DNA of 64,000 nt from Podarcis pityusensis (taxonomy: Eukaryota). The notes beneath the pieces were generated by a model. That model searched no databases, was not told where the DNA came from, and was given only the letters and a program-made list of their open reading frames with translations. The translations under genes and the position numbers were made by a program. Every line of letters starts with the position of its first letter. Within the stretch, counting starts at the first letter, position 1. The stretch lies in the NCBI GenBank assembly GCA_964106645.2, contig OZ067041.1. One strand, written 5' to 3'. Positions 1-11,800 of the stretch are shown here, piece after piece.

Positions 1-332
1 ATATAAACAAAAGGAATTGTCTAAATATCTTTTCATGCATCAGCATGTAAAATAACAATTTTTCCATGCTCTCCTAATTTTAATTTTATGTCTAAAATGT
101 ATACATAGATGCTTGCAGAAAGAATTGGTCTGTGCTTGAAATGAACACACTTTCAATTCAAACATTTATTAATTTTTAAGAACTCTTATTACTTAAAGTA
201 TGTGAATTATAATGTTTTTTAAATAAAATGAAACAGTTCTGTATTTACACCAAATGACGGATCATGTAGGGAAGGAAACAGTAGGAGGAAATCTGCAATA
301 TTTACAAAAAGGAAAAAAAGAACAACTTTTAC

Positions 333-476
333 CAGTGCTTTTTTCTGGGGGGATGCAGGGGTACACATACCCCTAAACATTTTGTGAATCTAAGTTTTGC
401 CTCATTGAGGGGCAGTATTTCAATATGAGTAGGAAAATGAATACCCCTAAACATTTTATTTTATTTTAAAGCAGTG
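333..476. mobile_element. hAT-type MITE with 8-bp TSD
   Basis: Termini CAGTGCTTT...AAAGCAGTG; ACTTTTAC duplicated at 325-332 and 477-484. Confidence 0.85.
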
Positions 477-994
477 ACTTTTACAAAAATAATTACAAAA
501 GGTTTGTAAAAGTGTCCATAGTTGACAAGCTCACTCTGGAGTTCTGACCAAATGCAGGACATTTTGCTATTGTGTTGCAGCCATTTCAGTACAGAAGCTG
601 CAATTCTATTCTATTTTGTTGGGATAAAGGTGTGTAAGTGCTGCAAATGGAGGTGCCTAGAAGTCCACAATAGAATTACTGCAGGTATCTTTCAGACCCT
701 TGAATTATTTGTGCCCACAGGAAAAGAGCGGAAGAGAGTGTTGAGTGTGTGAGATGAATGAGTCACAAGAAAATCACTAGCTCTGTGAAACCTGAGCAAC
801 TAAAAATGGTTGATAAAAAGCTGATCAGGAGGCAAATGACAGTTTAGATCTCAATTCCTTCATCTGTTGCAGAAAATATACTGCAGCAGAATGCAATTGT
901 TGGCTCCATTTGTTGTCTACCTTATTCAGAGCCTTGTATGATTTAGCACCCAAAGGTAGCATTTTCAGTCGCTTCTAGAAATTTCTGCAAAAAA

Positions 995-1134
995 TAGTGC
1001 TTTTCCCCCCCTGTGGGGACACATACCCCTAAACATTTTGTGAATCTAGGTTTGGCTTCATTGAGGGGCAGTATTTCAATATGACTAGGAAAATGAGAGT
1101 ACCCCTAAACATTTTTTTTAGAAAAAAATTACTG
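995..1134. mobile_element. Second copy of the 333-476 MITE
   Basis: Shares ACACATACCCCTAAACATTTTGTGAATCTA...ATTGAGGGGCAGTATTTCAATATGA. Confidence 0.8.
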
Positions 1135-3228
1135 AAAAAATGTAAGTGATTAAAAGCAGCTCTTACATGCCTGATTACCAGCCTGTGATCATCCTTATGA
1201 AAGGAAGAGGCATCTCTACACATCTGGGTCTCCAACTGCAACCATGGTATAATATTGTTATCAATACAGGAGACGACCATTTTGCACACATCCTTTGAAC
1301 TCACAACTGTGCACATGATCCAGGAGTAGTCCCTAATGGGGGTGGGGAAGGGAAGGCTTATGCGTGCTCTCCTGACTTGTGCAATGACACAGAAAGCAAC
1401 CTCCACACAAATTGGGGGGTTGCCTGTATTTTAGATTACAATGCTTTTAGTTTATGCTTCACTCTCAGCAGTTTTGAATTAGATAAATGCTGTAAATAAG
1501 TGTATAAACCAGTTGCCTCCCCCCAACTGCAAATTGGAGAATAAAGATTAAAAACCTGGTGCCTCACAAAATGCTAGGAACAGAAGTGTCAGTAAAATGC
1601 GAGTGTGAAGGAACCCAGTGTAGTCTTTAACCTGTAAAGTCAAGGACCTGAATATTCTAGGATAGTCATGTTAAGAGAAATCGATTGGTTGCAGGGTGGG
1701 GAAGCAAAAATTAATTTCAGCATGCTCTGTAACTTTGCGAGTATATTGCATTTGAAGGTGTTAAAAGCATTTCAAGTATATTATCTAAGTTATCTTTACA
1801 TCAACACTGTAAAGCAGCCATTTTTTAATAATTGTCTCTAAAATAATGCTGTTTGGGTTATTATCTTTATAGTTTGTCCAATGGTTCAAAAAATATACTT
1901 GGCAGTGTAGTGCCCCAAAAGGGTGGGAATAAAGATGAAAAAGTGTGCCTACAACAATCCTGGCATGTAGGCCACTGTTATCACAGACTGCAAACATTGC
2001 AGAGATCTCCAAGGCTGCTTAGCAGATAAGAGGAAGTGAACCAGGTCTGTGGCTGCAAATCACGTGTTATGTCAGTTGCATTCTCTCTGTCACACAATCT
2101 CATACACACAGAGAGACATGTAGCGCCCAAACATGTGGAAACATGCAGCAATATGCCACGGAAAAACACATGCAATAGCATATAATACACAACAGCATGG
2201 CATGTGCATTTCATATGGAGCAGCACATAAAACAAACATACAGTATAGTGTATTTGGCAATGCATGCACCAGCACTTTCCCCACATTAGAAAGTTGCACA
2301 TTTTATTTTTTAATAGGCAAAGGCTTCACAGGGAATTTGTGTCTTCTATATTTTGTTAGACTCAACCACCAGCCCCAATCAGCATGGGGGTTCTAGTCCA
2401 ACAACATCACTGCTTTAACAGCCGCCTGACTGGCCGGCATCAACAGCTGAAGCTCTTTCTATTACAAGATCTCCATATTCACATCTCCTCTCTATAACCC
2501 AGTTAAGCCAATGTAATTCATTTATAAGACTAACATAGCAGAATCTGAAAACCACCCTGTAATGCTCAGATAAAGGGCAGTATAGATATCATCATCATCA
2601 TCAACTGCCTTCATTATTCACAGATAAGCATGCTTATTTGGCAATATGTTCTACTGAAATCAATGCATCTTAGTACCAAGTAAATGCTATTAGGACTTAG
2701 GTGCCAAACAATTTAAATCCAAGTGCATCAGCTTCTCTAGACTATGGGCTGGTCTAAGGGGGTGAATTTGGTCAGCAGCAGTTAAATCTTATCAGTTTCC
2801 TTTCTAACTTGGCCAAGGTCACAAGACAGAGTATTTACAGCACAATCTGTCTCCTGCTACTGGATATATCAGAATTACTCTCCTCTCCCTGGTGTTTTCC
2901 CCAATGCATACAGAATGGACTCTAGCATATAGCCTAACCCCCAGACCACCTTTGTAACTCACAAGGTCATAAATAACACACAATCATTGCACTTACCCAA
3001 GATGAACCATTAAATATTTCACGCAAATACAGGCACTCCTCCTAGGACATAGACATTACTTCCAAAATACCTAGTTTATAACAACTATTATAGTACCTTC
3101 TTATGTGGTTAGTTAGAAACATGTTCGAGATAGGAAGTTAAATCAAACTTACAGTGTGTAGGGACTTATACAATTTAAAGTGAAAATTCAGTAGTATTGT
3201 GCAGTAGTATTGTGCAGACTTCCTTATA

Positions 3229-3501
3229 CAGTGGTACTCAGGTTAAGTACTTAATTTGTTCCGGAGATCCGTTCTTAACCTGAAACTGTTCTTAACCTGA
3301 AGCACCACTTTAGCTAATGGGGCCTCCTGCTGCTGCCGTGCCGCTGGAGCACGATTTCTGTTCTTATCCTGAAGCAAAGTTTTTAACCTGAAGCACTATT
3401 TCTGGGTTAGCAGAGTGTGTAACCTGAAGCGTATGTAACCTGAAGCGTATGTAACCTGAAGCGTATGTAACCTGAAGCGTATGTAACCCGAGGCACCACT
3501 G
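3229..3501. mobile_element. Tc1/mariner (pogo/Tigger-like) MITE, TA TSD, with internal 4x16-bp tandem repeat
   Basis: ta|CAGTGGTAC...GCACCACTG|ta; near-identical to 49308-49533. Confidence 0.88.
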
Positions 3502-6500
3502 TACTGCTATAATGTGTAGAACTGCTTATCACATAGGAACTCCTGATGGAGTGGATTGCTTCCATACTACTTAATAGGCTGATTTAGGCCAGTATAGGTG
3601 AAGATGGAGAGAGGCTTACAGTGCAGTAAGGTTGTTTCTCCCAGCTGTCTTTCAAGTCTTGTGAACCCCCTGAACTTCTATTCAGGGAATTTGTCATCTG
3701 TGCATGAGCAACAGATGTAGGAAATGTACATACTTCAGCTTAACCATGGCTTACAAATGGCCACAGCTTGTCAAATAAGATAGAAATTGATTTGAAGGAA
3801 AGCACATCTATCAGAAATATTTCTCAAGAAACTGCATTATGTTTATGGATTGTGGCTAATGTCACGTCTACTTGGCTTCAAACATCAGTGGTGAGAGTGC
3901 ACTGGAGCTGGAATAAATGGTAATGTGTACACAATCAAAGTCAGTTTGTTCTGCTGGAAGTTGAATAAGATTTCTGGTCTCTTATCACCTTGTATAAGGT
4001 ATGCGTCCTTCAAGATTTGGTGTTTTAAACATTGCCATTTTCTATGGTTTTCCTGTCACTTTGGGACAAAAGCTGTATGCATGGAGTAAGTTTTGAAGTG
4101 TTCAGCACCTTGGTGAACTAGATTAAATGGTTGGACAGGTTGGTTTTCTATGCAGGTTTTTTCCTTGTTCTGTGGACAGTGGAACTATTTGTTCCATTGT
4201 TATTGTATTAAATAGATTACATATAAATTTAGTTCTATGTGGGCAATTGCTGTAGTATATTGTTCGGTGTGAATGTGGTTTCAGTTGAAGAACGTTTGTT
4301 TAATTCAGATCTTTGCGAGTTTTATTCCTACTAACCTCTGTAGGACCCAGGCAGGTGGAGGTCATATTAGCACCTGCACCAGATGCTCCTGCAAGCACAA
4401 AAACACCCTGCATCCTCATCTACATGAGAATCATTTTTGTTTATTACAGCATCACCATTTAGAAGTGGCCCCAAGTTTGGCAATGTGGCCTCTTCCGGAA
4501 TGAACTAAGAAAAGCAGGATATTATTGTCCTTTTTGATAAGAAGTTTTATTGACTTTCTGTGTAAAAAAGGAGATTCTGTTCCACAATCTACTCCTCACA
4601 AAGCCGAGCTCTTCCTTAATCCAGAAAACAAGGTTTTATAAGTAGTTTCTGATATTAACAATATGTGTCAATATGTGTTAGTCAGAGGCAGGAAGTATAC
4701 CCCCACCATGTTTATAGCACAATAAAAGTGTAGTTGTTTCTTAGGATCCAGCTCTTTCTCCCTGAATGAAACATTTTTGTTTGGGGGCTTAGGCATTATC
4801 TCAGCACTCAGACTACAATATTATGTTTTTAACTATTTTGTCCTCCTCTGCAGGTCTTCATAAGCTTGGTAGCAATTGTTGGTTGGGCCATTAAAAAGTA
4901 ATGCTGGAACATGAGTCACCTCTATCAGCCCAGGCAGGAGCTGAAAACTGGTTTTGTCTGTAAAGATGGGAGACCTGAAGTTTATGCTAGTTAAAAATGG
5001 AAGAAGAAATCTATTATTGCCTGTAGTTTACTCCCATATTCTCTGGTCAAAAACCACCTTGCAGCATGGTTAACTGCTCCTGCCACCACTGCCACCGTTC
5101 CATTATATGTAGACTGCCTATTGTAATGTTATCCTTGAGTCAGAATGTGCACGACTCTTTCTAGAATCTGGTGGAGGGAGCCTTTGAAATGATTGGATAA
5201 GAAGTATTATACTGTTTATATAGCACCAGCAGCCGCCAGTAAATGATAATGCTATTCTGAGGGGGACATTTTCTTTTTCAAACTGCCATTTCAAATATAA
5301 TTGCATCTGAATTTCTCAGTATTTTGAACAGGCACCAATAGGTAACTAATTTACTGCTAATGTAAAGAATGCTCTATTGTACATACAACAATCACTTAAC
5401 AATTGACAAACCAATAGTTTGTGACAGCAAACTGAATATACTGGGAATAATACTGTCACTAATGGGCCCAAATGTGGGACATGTTATACTACATTTCTTT
5501 GATATTAAAATGTTTATAAATAATTCTAAATTGCATTGCACAAACTATGTAGGGAGACACTTTTAGTAATAAATGATTGTTACAGTGGGAAGCATAAGGT
5601 TATCTCTCTCTCTAGATATAGATAGATATAATGGTATGTTGAACTAACACTTAAAATTGCTAGAAATTTTTCTGACTTCTTGCATCTACAAATTTATATT
5701 AAACCTTTAATATAATTTTACAAATGAAGGTGGTATTGAGGTAGAAGTTTCTAAGTAGTAAGTTCCCTTCTTGGCTTAAAACCCTTAGCCAATTTTGTAT
5801 ATTAATGTTGAATATTTTCTGTTTATATTATTTTACTTACTTTTAAATAGCAACTACAGGAATTAGTACAGGGTTGGTGAATCTGTGGTCCACCAGATAT
5901 TGTTAGATTCCCTCTTTCCTGATCATTGGTCATGTTGGCTAGGTCTGATGGGAGCTGGAGCCAAGAGTCTCATAGAGACAGTATAGAGAGTGGGGTTGAC
6001 TGTTGAGGAAAAGTGGGAGGAGATCAGAGAACTGGAGGAGATCAGCCTGTAAGAAGGTTCTAGTGGGCAGGGGATAGGAATGTAGGACCCCAGGAGGAGT
6101 CTGAACTTAGGGTCCTAGGGCTTAGGACATAGAGCTCTGGATCCAAGGGGAAGAACAAGTGGATTGTCAGAAGAACAGCCCACCTGTGTCATTGGATACC
6201 CCAAACATAGTGTGACCACCTGTTGAGGTGTCTCAGGGACCTTTCTCTGTTAGTGAAGAGTTTGTCACCGATCTGAAATAGGGCTGTTGTTTTGTGACCT
6301 ATCTGAAACTGTCAATTAATATGATGATGAGAAATATTTTACTAGTGGTTGGTTTTGTTTTAAACTGTATTGCTTTTGCCATTGTAACACATCCTGGGAT
6401 CCTATAGTGAATGGCGGATAAGAAATCTAATACATATAATAATAATGCAGATGAAAAAAGTAAGATTTAAAACATGTACTTGGATCCAGTTTTTGAAGGA

Positions 6501-7899
6501 TTGCCAGTTCCCAAATGAACCTGCCCGATTGTTACTTTCAGAAGCCCTTTTCTGTGTACCCCCTGCCACCTGAGCTGAGGTGGCAGGAAAAAGCAGCTGC
6601 TCAGTGGTATTGCCTCAGTGTGGAATGCTTTATGCTGGCCCACTGCCCTGGTACCAAGTTTGATGAGGCTGGATAATGAGCTGCCTAAGGCAACTTCCGA
6701 ACTCCAGGGCTGATGAGAGATTTCCATTTCACGCTTGCTATTACACCACACCAACTCACTACAAGCAATTCTAAATCACATTCCACAATATAAAAAAAAA
6801 CTATGGAAAGTGTTAATTTATGAATTTTTTCCTGCTTTTGAAGGGGTCTAGTTGTTACTGCAAGTTGACATGGCTTGTTTTATGCTGGAACAAGCCCATT
6901 AAACTGATAGAAAGACTCAGGAGTAAAATGGAAGTGATCAGCTGGAGCCTGGCATCCTAAACAGTACCAGTATATATGGTTATTTTTCCTGACAAAGCGT
7001 CTTTAACTGTTGCATGATTTGCAGGAGCAGCTTCTCTTCCTGTCAGCATGAAGAATTTCAGCCTGTTCTGAAAGCTGTTGAAGGTACAAGAACTGTCAGG
7101 AGAAAAAAGGAGGAGCCGCAACCTCTTCTCGAGCCAGGAATGCGCGCAGCACAGCCCGCTTTAGGCCTCTGTGACTCTGCGGCGCCTCCCTCTCTGGCGA
7201 GGGCTTCAGACATACGAAGGCCGGTAAAGCCAGGCCGCCCCCATTGCTTTCCAGAGAGTCTATACTATCGAGATTGAAGAGTAAAGTCGTGATTCAGATG
7301 CCTGAAGAAGGAAGTTCCGGTTCCTGTTGGCGCTGTTTTCTCCCTGGAGAGGAAATGAGAGTTGCCAAAAGAAAATTAGAGTTTCTTCCGTCTCGTAAAA
7401 TAGTAATAATAATAATAGCAAAAAACGGGAGCTTATGTTCTTGCTATTCAAGTTTGATTTCGGGTGGGAAATGAAGTCGTAGAAGCCATAGTTTTAAGCA
7501 TAAAGCAGTGTCATTATTTTCATTATTACTCAGAAGCTCCATAAAATTCAATGGGGCTTCATCCCAATTTAGTGGATAAGGAATTGCAGCTAAATGCACA
7601 ATGCAGCTCCGTGCAAGTCAAGGCTTACTCGTGAAGCAGTGCTAGGTGTGCGCTGGGTGATAGATCGGTTTAGTTAATGTTTATAACTCACTTTCCTATT
7701 AGGTTAATAGCGAAAGTCGCCTACATTAAAATAACTCAGTATGACGCAACATAAAAATAAAATCGCACGTTTAATTATTTGTTTAAACGGGCGACGATTT
7801 AAATCAATTTAATTGAACACTATAATTTAACTCGAGAGTGTTTTGCATGGGATGGATACCATTTCTGAATGGAAAGCGGAAAACGACCTCGGTCCATCT

Positions 7900-8830
7900 T
7901 CAGCCTGCAATAAAGATCTGCGCTTACAGGGCTATTGCTAAGCAACTTTCGGGCACGGCAGGCACCTCCCACTTGGGCTTGGTAGTCATGCTATGTTAGA
8001 AAGATGAAATGTATTTCTACGCCGCCTTTCATTGAAATGAACGCTACTACCGTTGGCTTCTTAATGGACAAACCGCTGCTCAAACGCAGCTACATTAAAA
8101 CTTGGGCTTCCGCCAGCGCTTCCTGTGAGCGGTTCTTTCTGACTTCCTCCCTGGGAGGCTAAAATGGAGCTCAGAGCGAACCCGGAAACTTGGAACCTTT
8201 TGTCAGTCTACTAACGGGTGACTAAAAAAGCTTCTTGCAGAGACGGGGGGAAGTCTATGATCCCGTGCAGGCTACCGGAAGAGGTTTCTTTCCGGTCCGT
8301 CGCTGTCCTGGGATTGCTTCCGGTGCGGTGTCCGCCCCCAGCAATGGTGGCGGCAGCCCCAGCGACGGCGGCGCTCGGCGGCCGAAGAGGCGCGTTGTGA
8401 TCGCGGCTGCTTCTGCTTGCCCGCGAGGGAGAGCCGAGCCAGGCGAGGAAAGGACGCCGAAGACCCGCTCTTGTCGGCCGGCCGCCTAGTTTCGGTTTCC
8501 GCCGAGGCAACGATGGCGCCGGTGCAACTGGAAAGCCACCAGCTGGTCCCGGCGGGTGGAGGGCCCACCTCGGCCCCAGCTCCGCAGCCTCCGGGAACGG
8601 CGGCGGCGGCGGCCAGCGCCGGCTTCCGACTCAGCACCCTCATCGATTTCCTGCTGCATCGCACTTACGCGGAGCTCACCGTCCTGGCCGACCTGTGAGT
8701 GCCGGGGGGGGGGCTTGCCCACCTGCCTGCCTTGCCCACTTGCTTCCCCCCGCGAGACAGTTCACTCTCCGACGGACCCGTGTTAGGCGACCTTGGCTTA
8801 TGGAACGCCTCTTCCCCATTCGCCCAGGAG
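7900..8830. promoter_or_regulatory. CpG-island promoter of MED14 with clustered ETS/GABPA-type CCGGAA motifs
   Basis: High GC/CpG against AT-rich background; CCGGAA or TTCCGG near 8182, 8275, 8289 and 8318; overlaps exon 1. Confidence 0.8.
8513..8694 (+). CDS. MED14: MED14 exon 1 (coding part)
   Basis: acgATGg start; [10 protein letters not shown]...ELTVLADL; donor CT|gtgagt. Confidence 0.95.
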
Positions 8831-11800
8831 GTCCTCCTCCTTTGTGGCTTGTTCTACGTGATGGAGAAGGAGGGTGGTGGTTTGGGGAAGCCTGATCTTC
8901 TGGTTCAGTTAGAATCTTCAGACTCTCTTCGCGCGCTGTGACTCTTAGGTGACCTGCCTAAGAGTCATATGTACACCCCAAAATGTAAAGGCTGAATAGA
9001 GTTAAACAATCGTTCAAAAACTTGAGTGTCATACATACAAGTGCATTTGTTAAAGAGCTGGAATTGATTCCTGGTTGAGTTTATGTTTGCTGGCAAACCT
9101 AATAAGGGCATCAAGAAGATAAGGGCTAAGTCTTAAACTAAAACTTGTGTTTGCTTGATTGGAAATACTGAATAAAAAAATTCCTTCCAGTAGCACCTTA
9201 GAGACCAACTAAGTTTGTTATTGGTATGAACTTTCATGTGCATGCACACTAGGGTGTAGGTGACAAGGGTGCTGTGCTCCCAGCTGGATGCTGTATTTTA
9301 GTTTGAAGGGTAGCCTCCTTTCACTGTAAGTCATCTGGATGGTACAGACCATTTTGGTCCAGTGAAAGCTGTTTGTGTGTAGACTATTGAGGGACAGATA
9401 CCGTTGGAAGCAACCTATGTGTCTAGATTGCAGGAAGGCCTTTGCTGTCTTTGTATTAAACAGGTTTTTAAAAAGAAATTGTATTTATACTTTTCATGAA
9501 GTTTCTACAATCTCCTGTCACATAGCTGGAACTTCTGTGGTTGCTTTATTGTGGCCTTTTAAAATCACTTCCCGTTGTGGCTACATCTTTGCAACAAGCT
9601 ATTCATGGAACCATAGAATTGTAGAGTTGGAAGGGACCCCAAGGGTCTTCTAGTCCAACTCCCTGCAATGCTGGAATCTCAAATATTGTAAATGATGGAC
9701 AAAGCAGCAGACCCTCTGTGTGGTCTCTGGAGTATTTCTTGTAAGTAACAGCCCAGGTAATGAATAGAAGGTTGGTTGGATGAGATTTTTAAATAATAAA
9801 TAGCCTTATTGAAGTTAATAGCTTTACTATATTCACATCAACTACTTATTTAGTCTTTTTCAGGAATATGCTCAATTAGGTTCTTGGCTGTGAAAATCAG
9901 GATAAACCAATTCCTTTTTTTACATATGCATCCCCATATAAATTAGACCTATAGTCATATCTGCAAATCTTTTCAAACTTATTTGCATTTTAGTTAAGCT
10001 GCATTACTTTCAATGGGGCTAAATGGGTTCAAAATATGTTTACTCCACCTTAACTCGTTTGTGATTCATAGCACTAGCAATATAGGGCCCTCTACAAAAA
10101 TATATTTCAATCTACTTTAAGTGTGATATTGTTATCTTTTTTCTGTTAATGCTTTTGTGGAAATATAACAGACCCTTTTATTTACCTTAAGGTGGTGTGG
10201 ATAAATGCTCCCAGAATTTAAAAAAAAGTCAGTGTTGTAACTCAGCTTGTTTAAGCATCACAATAATACAGTGCTGTTAGTAATAGTAAAGACACAGGAC
10301 ATGGGGATCTGAAATTGAATGACTGCAAGTTCACGCTTTATGATGTCAGTCACTTGTATTTGCACTGGTGTTGGAAAAACTTTTGGGGAAATCATCATCT
10401 GTTTTCAGTTATTTGGACACATGATAGACATTTGTTTATTATCTGTGTGAAGAAGTTTGCAGTCACACACTGTAGGTATCTGCCTAAGATTTAAATGTAC
10501 ACCCCAAAATGTAAAATGTGAATGAGTTACAAGATTGTTTAAAAACTTGAGAATTGTACAAGAACTATTGTCAGAGAGCTGAAATTAACTCATGCTTCCT
10601 GTTTAATGTTTTTGTAGTATTTGTCAAAACATAATAATTTGATCTTTTTTTTTTCACCACTCCAACTCCCCTTCCCAACAGATTACCAAGAAAAACAGAT
10701 ATGGAAAGGTGAGTAATGACAATTGAGGAGGATTTGTAATAAATTTTAATGAAATTTAGGTATTGAATCACTGGGTCAAATATTTCCTTTCTTTAACTTT
10801 ACCTGAGTTAAAAATAATAATATAGTGTTTCAGTTTTATTAAGTGCCTAGTTTGAAATTCAAAACATTTTGGGATGGTTTACATGTAATGGCAACCATGA
10901 TTTGATGCCAGAAGAATGAGCCTTGTGGTTTTATTTCCCACCCCTGCCCAGCACTCTAACTGGATGAATTTCCTCTGTAGTACAGATCTAAACTGCATTC
11001 AGATCAGAAAACCATGGTTTGTGCTTTCCTCTAGATCAGGATTACTGGATTATGAAATGTTGTATGAGACTTCACACTATTGCAGAGGAAAAGTCTATAC
11101 CAATAAAGGATTAACATTTGTGTAATGTGGGTTTTCAAAAAAAAAATCCTATGTAACATTAGGATAGTTTGCACTGTAAAGTTTTCTAATGCAAATTAGG
11201 AGTCAGGTTTTCAAATAGAGAACCCATAAGTTTTATCCTCTTCAGATAGAGTTAGCAATTGATAGGAGATATTCGACTTGTTTGAGTATGGGTAGAATTA
11301 TGGCCTCATGCAGATCCTGCTTCAGAATAATTTCTGAATACTAAATGTTGGTCATGATGTGAAACCGTGGGGTTGCAAACCATGGTTTTTATTAACTGTA
11401 TATCAATGATATATCTGCACAGAGTATGGTTAGGAAAATTAATCCACCTCTCCAGCGTCTCCTTATAAGATAAGAAATAGGTATTGCTGGTGTCCCACTA
11501 TACACATCAGCTGAGGGCAGAACTAACTTTGCCAAACTAAACCATAATCTCTTGTACGTCTGACATGTTAACCATAGTTAAGTTTAGGTCAGCATTGGGT
11601 CGTGCAGCTCTCTGTGCCCATGTTCACTTGTATTCTTTGAGGATTTCTTCTAAAACTGTGAGCTTTGTAATGCATAGATATTTATCACACAGTTAAACCC
11701 TGTAGCAGTGTTCTGGCCTTTGCCTGAAGGTGTATAGGGTTAAATTGGGGCAGGACACAAAGTCGTCCCTCCAAAATTTCCAGGCTGTCACTGCTGATAC

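Noticed and set aside
8211-8941. Cluster of overlapping ORFs on both strands
   Set aside because: GC-rich promoter artefacts apart from MED14 exon 1 and the possible uORF
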